Of a stretch of 64,000 nucleotides of DNA, positions 56,559 to 64,000 are shown piece after piece (the first letter of the stretch is position 1; each line of letters starts with the position of its first letter). Both the position numbers and the translations under genes were made by a program. Under the pieces are notes generated by a model. It saw nothing but the letters and a program-made list of their open reading frames with translations. It did not search any database and was not told the origin of the DNA. Source of the DNA: Bacillales bacterium (GTDB lineage Bacteria > Bacillota_I > Bacilli_A > Izemoplasmatales > Izemoplasmataceae). Where the stretch lies: assembly GCA_041694275.1 (NCBI GenBank), contig JASMTQ010000042.1, forward strand, positions 1,812 through 65,811, read 5' to 3'.

Positions 56559-57038
56559 ATGACATGGAGTTTGTTTTTATCATACTTCAATTTAGTACTT
56601 GTTTTATTTTTCATCACGTTTTTCACTGATATTTTCTATTACTATTTTCGCTACAAGACCCTTCAACCAAGAGAAAAGATGTTTACCTTCAAAAAAGGTG
56701 GTGTCTTTGAACACTATTTGATTGTTGGGGGCATTTCCGCTCTAATAATAATTTTGCATGCGGTCTTTGACCTCAATCCGTTTGCTGAAAGCATCCAGGA
56801 CAATCCGTTGGCACTCGTTATTTCACTTACAACGATGTTTTTCACAGCGGTCGTATTCCTGATTTTCTTCTTCTTGATCACGCTGTTTTTGTTCTATTAC
56901 CTTTATGCAAAAGCGAAAAAAATCGAACAGACCCAGCACTTTCTCATGTCCAAGGGACACAAAATTGTCAAGACTTCCTTCACAGCATCCTTCACCATTG
57001 CGGTTGTCTTTATGATTTTCATCATTTTAGGGTTATAA
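56559..57038 (+). CDS. hypothetical membrane protein (about 4 TM helices)
   Basis: Good AAGGAG RBS, hydrophobic F/I/L-rich segments, terminator immediately downstream. I recognise no family. Confidence 0.6.
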   Translation: MTWSLFLSYFNLVLVLFFITFFTDIFYYYFRYKTLQPREKMFTFKKGGVFEHYLIVGGISALIIILHAVFDLNPFAESIQDNPLALVISLTTMFFTAVVFLIFFFLITLFLFYYLYAKAKKIEQTQHFLMSKGHKIVKTSFTASFTIAVVFMIFIILGL

Positions 57039-57043
57039 TAAAG

Positions 57044-57067
57044 ACACCGGCTTGTCCGGTGTTTTTA
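57044..57067 (+). terminator. intrinsic terminator
   Basis: ACACCGG-cttgt-CCGGTGT followed by TTTT. Confidence 0.8.
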
Positions 57068-57091
57068 AATTAGACTAATGGAGTTGAGAGT

Positions 57092-58306
57092 ATGAACGCA
57101 ACCATTATTTCGGTAGGGGATGAATTGTTGATGGGCAAGACCATCAACACCAACCAGGCATACCTTTCCAAGGAACTTTCACTGATAGGAATAGAAACTA
57201 CGCTTGCACTCTGTGTCAAGGATACATACGATACCATTCAGGGCGCACTGAGAGAGGCACAAAGTGAGCTTGTGATTCTCACGGGCGGTCTTGGACCCAC
57301 TGCGGATGATCTGACCAAGGAAGCTGTCAGTGAATATTTTAATCTTGAGCTTGAATTGAATGAAGAGGTTCTTTCAACCATTAAAGCCTATTTTGATAAA
57401 TCCGGACGTGAAATGAAAGATACGAACCTGAAACAGGCTTATTTCCCAAAAGAGGCCACCATTCTTGGAAACGGTGCGGGTACCGCTCCTGGTATGATGC
57501 TTTCATTTGAAAAAAGGCGCATCATTTTGCTTCCGGGTCCGCCAAGTGAAATGAAACCGATGTTTGAACCCCTTAAGGATCTCCTTTCATCGCTTACAAA
57601 CAAGAAATTGCATAAGAAAGGTCTTAGACTTCTTTCCATTGGTGAAAGCGAAATGGAGTCGAGGCTCAAGGACTTTTACAAGGTTCATGACTCTGTGTAC
57701 ATTGCTTCGTATGCAGAGACAGGTGAGCTTACGTATTTTTTCTCATCCACTGATGAGACCGCACTTGATAAAGCTATGAAAGCATTCAAGGACATTGTGG
57801 GTGATTTGTTGATATGCGATGCCGCTTCGAGTTTGGAAGAAGACGTGGTAAAAACTCTCAAAGATCAGGGAAAACACATTTCGCTGGTAGAATCCTGCAC
57901 AGGAGGGTTCGTAGCTTCAAGAATCGTAAGCGTGCCTGACGCGTCAAGCGTATTCACTCAATCCTACGTTCTTTACAGCAACGATGCAAAGATCAAGGAG
58001 CTTGGTGTCAACGGAGAAATTTTGAACCGTTATGGGGCGGTGAGTGATCAATGTGTCTATGAACTTGCCTATCAGCTTGAAAGCAAGACTGCCGCTTCCA
58101 TCACGCTTAGTGTTTCAGGCATTGCCGGTCCGAGTGGAGGGACGGATGAGAAGCCTGTTGGGCTTGTTTATTTCGGCGTTACACACAAAGGATCTACAAA
58201 AACCTATCACAAAGTGTTTTCCGGTACCCGTCAGCAAGTCATCAAGAAAGCTTCTTCTTATGGACTTTATCTCGTAAAAAGGACACTAATCGACCATGAA
58301 AACTGA
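57092..58306 (+). CDS. cinA: competence/damage-inducible protein CinA (MoCF-like + PncC NMN deamidase domains)
   Basis: N-terminus IISVGDELLMGKTINTN and C-terminal CinA domain ESCTGG...GIAGP. Confidence 0.92.
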   Translation: MNATIISVGDELLMGKTINTNQAYLSKELSLIGIETTLALCVKDTYDTIQGALREAQSELVILTGGLGPTADDLTKEAVSEYFNLELELNEEVLSTIKAYFDKSGREMKDTNLKQAYFPKEATILGNGAGTAPGMMLSFEKRRIILLPGPPSEMKPMFEPLKDLLSSLTNKKLHKKGLRLLSIGESEMESRLKDFYKVHDSVYIASYAETGELTYFFSSTDETALDKAMKAFKDIVGDLLICDAASSLEEDVVKTLKDQGKHISLVESCTGGFVASRIVSVPDASSVFTQSYVLYSNDAKIKELGVNGEILNRYGAVSDQCVYELAYQLESKTAASITLSVSGIAGPSGGTDEKPVGLVYFGVTHKGSTKTYHKVFSGTRQQVIKKASSYGLYLVKRTLIDHEN

Positions 58307-59021
58307 TATAAGCACATTCACATTCAAAAACATCCCCGTCAAGGTGTACTCGCACCCTAGTCCGAAACGTCTCATATTCATCAACCATGGCATCGTCGGA
58401 TCCAAAGAACGAATTCTTACCATGTTTGGTGTCACCCTCGCTAAGCTTGGGTATGAAGTCGTAGCCATTGATGCCTGCAAGCATGGTGAGCGCGGTGAAG
58501 CGCCGTTCAAGCCTTACGATGAGAAAAACGTGATGAAAGAGCTTTTTGACATCGTCAAAAAAACCAGTGAGGATGTCCTTAGGCTTTATCACGCCAAATA
58601 CAAGAAGAAGTATCCCGTGTTTGATATGCTTGGGGTATCCATGGGAGGGTATGTTGCTTACTACACCGCGACGCAAACCGATCATGTTGAGTATCTTGTT
58701 CCAATCATATCCAGCCCTGATTTTTCAAAGGGACTGAGTCAAGATAATCAAGGGTACGATGAGAGCCTTCTCAAAAAAATCGAATCGATGAATCCGGCAA
58801 CACATCCGAAACGTTTCAAGTTCAAAGAGGCGTGTGCCCTTGTGGGTGAGAGCGATGATCTGATCCCCAAATCCCATACGGAAGTGTTTGTGCGGGAAAA
58901 CCCTGAGCTTCCGATTGATTTTCGCATCTACGATACACCCCATAAAGTCACCCCTGCAATGCAAAAAGACATTGTCGCCTTTTTAAGACAGCGCATTCAA
59001 AGTACGTCTATAGATAAATAA
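58296..59021 (+). CDS. alpha/beta hydrolase (esterase/peptidase S9-like)
   Basis: Nucleophile elbow GVSMGG and HG oxyanion region (FINHGIVGS). 11-nt overlap with cinA. Confidence 0.75.
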   Translation: MKTDISTFTFKNIPVKVYSHPSPKRLIFINHGIVGSKERILTMFGVTLAKLGYEVVAIDACKHGERGEAPFKPYDEKNVMKELFDIVKKTSEDVLRLYHAKYKKKYPVFDMLGVSMGGYVAYYTATQTDHVEYLVPIISSPDFSKGLSQDNQGYDESLLKKIESMNPATHPKRFKFKEACALVGESDDLIPKSHTEVFVRENPELPIDFRIYDTPHKVTPAMQKDIVAFLRQRIQSTSIDK

Positions 59022-59033
59022 AGCGGGTTTGTA

Positions 59034-59062
59034 TTTACAAAGACACCCCTTTATGCTATAAT
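59034..59062 (+). promoter_or_regulatory. promoter of rpsF-ssb-rpsR
   Basis: TTTACA, 17 nt spacer, TATAAT. Confidence 0.7.
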
Positions 59063-59133
59063 CATTTGTCGTGAGTCCTGGACTCACACATCCTTGCTGC
59101 TTTAAGCGGCCAAAGACCAAAAGGAGGTAAACT
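59063..59133 (+). promoter_or_regulatory. rpsF leader with hairpin (candidate S6:S18 autoregulatory element)
   Basis: GTGAGTC-ctg-GACTCAC at 59071-59087. S6:S18-binding leaders upstream of rpsF are described in the literature, but I could not verify the motif fit. Confidence 0.3.
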
Positions 59134-59421
59134 ATGACTAAATACGAAATCATGTACATCATTCGTCCAACCCTTGAAGAAGATGCTCGCAAAGCGCTCA
59201 TTGAAAAGATCAATGCCGTTTTCACAAGCAACGATTCTGAAGTGACAAACGTGGATGAATGGGGCACGCGTCAACTCGCCTATGAAATCGAAAAGCACTC
59301 TAAAGGGTACTACGTTGTTCTCAACGTCAAAGCTACTCAAGAAGCTCGTGCTGAATTCGAACGTATCGTGAATTTGCAAGAAGACATTATTCGTTACATC
59401 ATGATCAAAGACGTTAGGTAA
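59134..59421 (+). CDS. rpsF: 30S ribosomal protein S6
   Basis: MTKYEIMYIIRPTLEED. Confidence 0.97.
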   Translation: MTKYEIMYIIRPTLEEDARKALIEKINAVFTSNDSEVTNVDEWGTRQLAYEIEKHSKGYYVVLNVKATQEARAEFERIVNLQEDIIRYIMIKDVR

Positions 59422-59438
59422 ACTGAAAAGGTGATACT

Positions 59439-59921
59439 GTGATCAATAGAGCCGTACTCGTTGGGCGTCTTACCAAAGACCCCGAACTCAGAAAAACATC
59501 CAACGACACCGCCGTTACATCATTCCGTCTGGCTGTCAATCGTGCGTTCACGAACAGACAAGGGGAAAGAGAAGCGGATTTCATTCAGGTCGTCGTGTGG
59601 AGAAGACAGGCTGAAAATGTAGCCAAATATGTCAAAAAGGGCAGTCTGGTCGGCGTTGAAGGCCGTATTCAGACACGTTCATATGATGATCAGCAGGGTG
59701 TAAGAAAATTCATCGTCGAAGTCGTCGCTGACAACGTACAGTTTCTTGATACAAAGAACACTGCGCCAAGTGGTGGCAACAACTACGATGATTCCTATGA
59801 CTACAATCAAGGCAACCACGGATCTTCATACAACCAGAATACTCAATCGAATTCGAACAATAATTCAAATCAGAACGATCTCGACGATATCGATATCGCC
59901 GAAGACGATCTACCATTCTAA
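59439..59921 (+). CDS. ssb: single-stranded DNA-binding protein
   Basis: OB fold ([17 protein letters not shown]), Q/N/S-rich linker, acidic tip DDLPF. GTG start. Confidence 0.96.
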   Translation: MINRAVLVGRLTKDPELRKTSNDTAVTSFRLAVNRAFTNRQGEREADFIQVVVWRRQAENVAKYVKKGSLVGVEGRIQTRSYDDQQGVRKFIVEVVADNVQFLDTKNTAPSGGNNYDDSYDYNQGNHGSSYNQNTQSNSNNNSNQNDLDDIDIAEDDLPF

Positions 59922-59936
59922 AAGGAGGCAGTTATT

Positions 59937-60170
59937 ATGGCACGTGGAAACTTCCGCAAACGTCGCAAGAAAAAAACATGTTACTTCACTGACAACAACA
60001 TCACATACATCGACTTCAAAGACGCCGATCTGCTAAGACGCTTCGTATCTGACAGAGGGAAAATTCTTCCTAAACGCGTTACAGGCACAAAAGCAGGTTA
60101 TCAAAAAGAACTCAGCGTCGCAATCAAGCGCGCGCGTCACATGGCGCTCTTGCCTTTCGTAAGAGACTAA
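59937..60170 (+). CDS. rpsR: 30S ribosomal protein S18
   Basis: [26 protein letters not shown]. Confidence 0.98.
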   Translation: MARGNFRKRRKKKTCYFTDNNITYIDFKDADLLRRFVSDRGKILPKRVTGTKAGYQKELSVAIKRARHMALLPFVRD

Positions 60171-60178
60171 GACATAAT

Positions 60179-60217
60179 AAAAAGCATCCGATTATTGATA
60201 ATCGAATGCTTTTTTTT
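60179..60217. terminator. bidirectional terminator between convergent rpsR and yhhQ
   Basis: AAAAAGCATcCGATTAT-tg-ATAATCGaATGCTTTTTTTT. Confidence 0.8.
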
Positions 60218-60221
60218 GTGG

Positions 60222-60905
60222 CTAGAGGGTTTCGTTCAAAGGGTTGATACGCTGCATGATATAGATAAACGGCGTATCGAGAAGCGCCACAATGACCTTG
60301 ATAATGTAGGTTGTAATAAAAATTGAAAACAGTGTGTTTGCATCGTACACACCAACGAATGCGATTGGGACGAATATCGCTGAATCCACAAGTTGTGAAA
60401 TCAAAGTAGACCCTATGTTTCTGATGTAGAGCGTATTCGGTGAACTGAAACGTTTCCTGATGCGTTGAAACACGTGAACATCAAGAAGCTGACTCACAAT
60501 GTAGGCTGTGATGCTTCCAAGAATGATCTGTGGAATCAGTTCGAAGATGGTTCTCAGGGCCGGATCGGCGATGTCAGCCTCGCTTGGAGTGAACATCAAC
60601 GCGCCCTGCATGATAATGACCATGCCGACCATGGCGAAGAAACCGAGGTAGACGGACTGTTTGGCGTCTTTGAGCCCGTAACGCTCGTTGATGGCATCGG
60701 TCGCCAAAAAAAGTGTTCCATACATGATGTTTCCAAGGGTCGCGGTCATTCCAAATAGTTCGATCGTTTTAGTAACCTGGATGTTCGCGATGACTGTGCC
60801 TACGGCAATCCAGGCGAAGAGGCCTGCCTTGCCAAAAAGCTTGTAGACGGCCAGTATGATGACAAAATTGACCACTGCAAAAAGAATCCATAATACTTCG
60901 TTCAT
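60222..60905 (-). CDS. yhhQ: queuosine-precursor transporter, YhhQ/DUF165 (VUT) family
   Basis: Polytopic protein with YhhQ-like segments (ITAYIVSQLLDVHVF, GSTLISQLVDS). The ATG at 60905 lies 7 nt after AGGAGG and directly behind a preQ1 riboswitch. The track ORF extends to 60992. Confidence 0.85.
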   Translation of the reverse strand: MNEVLWILFAVVNFVIILAVYKLFGKAGLFAWIAVGTVIANIQVTKTIELFGMTATLGNIMYGTLFLATDAINERYGLKDAKQSVYLGFFAMVGMVIIMQGALMFTPSEADIADPALRTIFELIPQIILGSITAYIVSQLLDVHVFQRIRKRFSSPNTLYIRNIGSTLISQLVDSAIFVPIAFVGVYDANTLFSIFITTYIIKVIVALLDTPFIYIMQRINPLNETL

Positions 60906-60911
60906 TTTATT

Positions 60912-60950
60912 CCTCCTAGTTTTGATATCGCAGGATGGTTTCGAACTGCG
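60912..60950 (-). promoter_or_regulatory. preQ1-I riboswitch
   Basis: Minus-strand RNA CGCAG-UUCGAAACCAUC-CUGCG-AUAUCAAAACUAGGAGG. It has a 5-bp P1, a 12-nt loop starting UUC and ending C, and an A-rich tail ending in CUAGG that overlaps the SD. It parallels the B. subtilis queC element AGAGG-UUCUAGCUACAC-CCUCU-AUAAAAAACUAAGG. Confidence 0.75.
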
Positions 60951-60963
60951 GATAACGTAGGTA

Positions 60964-60992
60964 ATTATAATGTCAAGAAAGGATGCTGTCAA
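60964..60992 (-). promoter_or_regulatory. promoter of the riboswitch-yhhQ transcript
   Basis: Minus strand: TTGACA, 17 nt spacer, TATAAT. Confidence 0.75.
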
Positions 60993-61022
60993 GGTTTCAG
61001 ATAAAGAAAAGGAAGATTAAGG

Positions 61023-61051
61023 TTGAAACATGACAAAACATGACATATAAT
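61023..61051 (+). promoter_or_regulatory. promoter of the HTH gene
   Basis: TTGAAA, 17 nt spacer containing a CATGACA direct repeat, TATAAT. Confidence 0.6.
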
Positions 61052-61055
61052 AAAA

Positions 61056-61532
61056 TTGGAGGTGGTTGAAATAGAGACATTCCAATATACGTTGAGTGAC
61101 GTCATTGCCATGACAAGACTGAGTGAGAGAACCATGCGCAGGCACATCAGGGATGGGCTTTTGAAAGGCAAGAAGATTGGTGGGGTCTGGCGTTTCTCAG
61201 AGGAAAATCTGAAAGCCTATTTCAACAAGGGAGAGATGATTGATACCATCAAGGACGAAGCCGGTAAGGCTGTCAAACGGTTTTTGAAAAAAGACTATGG
61301 AACCTCAAATGATCACAGAATCTGCATGATAGTCGATCAAAACGTGGTTTCAAAAGAGATGGAAACCGCCATGAAAAAGGCGGTAATGGAACTCTCTGGA
61401 GAGCATGAGGATTTGACGATGAAATATTCAAAATCAGAGGATACCATGCGTTTTACGCTCATAGGGTCTTATGCCTATATTGAGGCGTGTGTAAATGCCC
61501 TTAGTACGATCAACAGGAAGTATACCGATTGA
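61056..61532 (+). CDS. excisionase/MerR-type helix-turn-helix protein with unknown C-terminal domain
   Basis: YTLSDVIAMTRLSERTMRRHIRDGLLKGKKIGGVWRFSEENL resembles the HTH_17 family. The start is uncertain (TTG 61056 or GTG 61062) and lies at or near the predicted TSS. Confidence 0.65.
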   Translation: MEVVEIETFQYTLSDVIAMTRLSERTMRRHIRDGLLKGKKIGGVWRFSEENLKAYFNKGEMIDTIKDEAGKAVKRFLKKDYGTSNDHRICMIVDQNVVSKEMETAMKKAVMELSGEHEDLTMKYSKSEDTMRFTLIGSYAYIEACVNALSTINRKYTD

Positions 61533-61549
61533 AAGTCGGTATATTTTTT
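61522..61549 (+). terminator. intrinsic terminator after the HTH gene
   Basis: ATACCGA-ttgaaag-TCGGTAT followed by ATTTTTT. The stop codon lies in the loop. Confidence 0.8.
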
Positions 61550-61636
61550 GCTCAAAATCGATTGAACAATTGATTTTTCTTGCAGTTTTATCATAGTGCG
61601 AATGGAATTTGAATCATTTATTATGGAGCGTTTGTG

Positions 61637-61645
61637 TGGTATAAT
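61637..61645 (+). promoter_or_regulatory. extended -10 element ahead of gdpP
   Basis: TGgTATAAT, 36 nt upstream of the GTG start. Confidence 0.4.
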
Positions 61646-61680
61646 AATCACACAGTTCATGCATACGAGGGGGTGTTCCT

Positions 61681-63663
61681 GTGAAAAAACAATTCGTCAT
61701 CATTACACATTTGTTCATACTGCTTGGTTTTTTGATTGCGAGCGCCTTGTGGAATGAATTCTTTACGGCGCACATATTCGGTCTCGCTCTGAGTCTTATA
61801 GGAATCAGTGCACTTTTTTTATTGCTTTTTCAAAAGAAAACAAGAGACCAGTTCATGACCCTGAACAAGGAAATCAAACGTAAAAATGCAATTATCACTC
61901 AAAAAGATACCCTTGAATCAAAAACGCTTTCCGATACGTCCACAGGCATCATTCTTATGGACAATGCCTATAACATTCATTATGCGAATCAATCCGCGAA
62001 AAAAATATTTCAAAACAGGATGGAGAACAAGACTCTGGACATCATCCATCAACCCATGAAGAAAGCAATAGTTGAAGGAACACTCAATACACCAACGGTA
62101 TTCAAAATATATGAAGACCATTTTGAGGTTCACTATATTTCGAGTATTCCAGCACTTTTTTTATACAAGGTGAGTGAAAGAGAACGGCTTAGAGAGGCGT
62201 ATGATCGTCATACTGGAGTTGTTGGTGTGATTCACCTTGATAATTTTGAAGACGCAATCAGCGTACTGGATGTTCAGGAACGCAATGAAATCCAGGGGAA
62301 ACTCCTTGGTGCACTTGATCAGTGGAGTGAAAAATACGAGTTTCATCTTGCTCCGGTGTCCAGTTCCAAACTTTATGCGTTCATGCAAAAGGAAAATCTC
62401 CAAAAAGCCATTGAAGATGGGTTTACAATCATAGATGAAATTGCCTCTATCTCAAAGGAAAATGATATACTTATCACCATGAGCGGTGGCTTCGCTTGTG
62501 CGAACATTCCGCTTTCATCCCTTGCAAACATTGCAGACGAGGCTCTTGATCTCGCGCTTTCCAGGGGTGGAGACCAGGTTGTTATCAATATACAGGGAGA
62601 AGATTTCAAGTATTTTGGTGGCAACACGAATACCCAGGAAAAAAGAACGCGGATTTCAAGTAGAATCCACGCTCGAAAACTCGATATGATGTTTGAGGAT
62701 CGTGACCGTATTTTCATAGCACCTCACAAGTTCCCTGATTCTGATGCACTTGGAGCCGCTATCGGTGTTTTGAAAATGGCGTTTGCATCCAACAAGGAAG
62801 CGTATATTGTGCTTGACAGGGATGCGCTTGATGATACTGTCACAAAGATACTCCAGTTGGTTGAGTACGAATATGAACCGTTGCTTGAGTCGATCATTCC
62901 CATAAGCAAGGTTAATAACATGGCCACCAGAGAAGATATGGTTGTGCTTGTGGATCACCACTCTAAAGGCCAGATGCTCGATCCGAGCTTTTTGGAGTCA
63001 TTTGATCATGTGGCGGTCATCGATCATCATAGAAAGCTTTCTGACGCTGTTAGAAAGTCAGAACTGTCTTACATCGAACCGTATGCATCCAGCTCTAGTG
63101 AGCTTGTGATTGAGATGATAAATGTATATCCGCATTCGGTTACGGTCAATGCATTTGAAGCTACAGTGATGCTTTCAGGTATGATTGTCGACACAAACAA
63201 CTTCATGTACCGGACGGGTGCAAGGACGTTTGAAGCGGCTTCGATACTTAAGAAATATGGAGCGGATACTTACAAAGTCAAAAACATTCTACGCGAATCC
63301 CTTAAAGAAATTCAAATCAAGGCGGAAATGTTAAGACGCGTTGAAGTATTCAATAAGCGCTTTGCCGTTGTGATTGTTCCAGACGATATTGATTCTGACA
63401 GGAGCTTTCTCGCCAAAATCGCGGATGACCTGCTTGATATTGACAACATTGTAGCGGCTTTCGCTATTGGAACGCTTGAAAACCACACGGTTGGCATAAG
63501 CGCCAGAAGCCTTGAAGGCTTTAGTGTCCAGACACTGATGGAACGCTTCGGTGGCGGTGGACACTTGAACAATGCAGGGGCGCAGATTGATTCTGGGAAC
63601 CCTGGAGATGTAAAAGAAGAACTTATAGAAATTTTAGAAGATATTGGACAGGAGGAAAGACCT
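61681..63663 (+). CDS. gdpP: GdpP/YybT-type cyclic-di-AMP phosphodiesterase (no stop codon; frame continues into rplI)
   Basis: This ORF is not in the track, so I translated it by hand from the GTG at 61681 after GAGGGGG. It has two N-terminal TM helices, a PAS-like segment ([22 protein letters not shown]) and a degenerate GGDEF-like segment (ITMSGGFAC...LSRGGDQV). DHH motifs are [19 protein letters not shown] and VIDHHR, and the DHHA1 motif is GGGGH. It is 661 codons, about the size of B. subtilis GdpP. Confidence 0.88.
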
Positions 63664-64000
63664 ATGAAAGTAATACTTAAAAAAGATCTTAAAAACAAAG
63701 GCAAGAAAGGTGAAGTCATCGATGTTGCGCCAGGGTATGCGAACTACCTTCTGACCAGCAAACAGGCCATCGAAGCGACACCTGAAAACATCCAGGCGCT
63801 TGAAGATGAAAAGACAAAACAAAAAGAAGCTGCTGACAAACACTATGAAGATATGAAGGAACTAAAGAAACGTGTGGATTATCGTGCGGTCAAAATGTAT
63901 GTAAAAGTTGGAAAACAAGGAAAAGTCTTCAATAAAATCAACACAAAACAAATTGCGGAAGCCTTTGAGGAGCAACATGGCATTCATATTGATAAAAACA
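63664..64000 (+). CDS. rplI: 50S ribosomal protein L9, 3' end cut by window edge
   Basis: [30 protein letters not shown] is a canonical L9 N-terminus. AGGAGG lies 8 nt upstream of the ATG. It is in the same frame as gdpP. Confidence 0.93.
   Translation, partial: MKVILKKDLKNKGKKGEVIDVAPGYANYLLTSKQAIEATPENIQALEDEKTKQKEAADKHYEDMKELKKRVDYRAVKMYVKVGKQGKVFNKINTKQIAEAFEEQHGIHIDKN

Noticed and set aside
61056-61532. Excisionase-type HTH protein as a marker of an integrated mobile element
   Set aside because: There is no integrase, recombinase, phage or conjugation gene, and no flanking direct repeat or tRNA target nearby. The neighbours are core genes with Bacillus-like synteny.

Overview
This window is almost entirely core housekeeping DNA from a Bacillus-like (Bacillota or Mycoplasmatota-related) genome that uses the standard code; TGA is a stop. 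Only three genes are on the minus strand. It holds 37 ribosomal-protein genes. These lie in the S10-spc-alpha cluster (3.9-18.2 kb), rplM-rpsI, rpmG-secE-nusG-rplKAJL-rpoBC-rpsLG-fusA-tuf (36.9-53.2 kb), rpsF-ssb-rpsR and the start of rplI. Also present are arcA-arcB, the ECF transporter module, truA, nagA, tmk-holB-ricT-rsmI-metG, gltX, cysS-mrnC-rlmB-sigH, tatD, htrA, ychF, cinA and a gdpP homologue. I translated three small ribosomal-protein genes by hand (rpmD, rpmJ, rpmG) because they fall below the ORF-track cutoff. I saw no CRISPR array, tRNA, rRNA, transposase, integrase, phage or defence module, so I cannot support a claim of a large novel system here. The most notable observations are these. 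(1) A 661-codon GdpP-type ORF is missing from the track because it has no stop codon and runs in frame into rplI. (2) A preQ1-I riboswitch precedes a minus-strand YhhQ-family transporter. (3) TruA carries an extra N-terminal domain of about 95 aa. (4) EcfT, RpoB, RpoC and SecE carry lineage-specific insertions. (5) Several ribosomal-protein leader structures are present, including mutually exclusive hairpins in the rplJ leader. All homology calls come from motif and synteny recognition by eye, not from searches.
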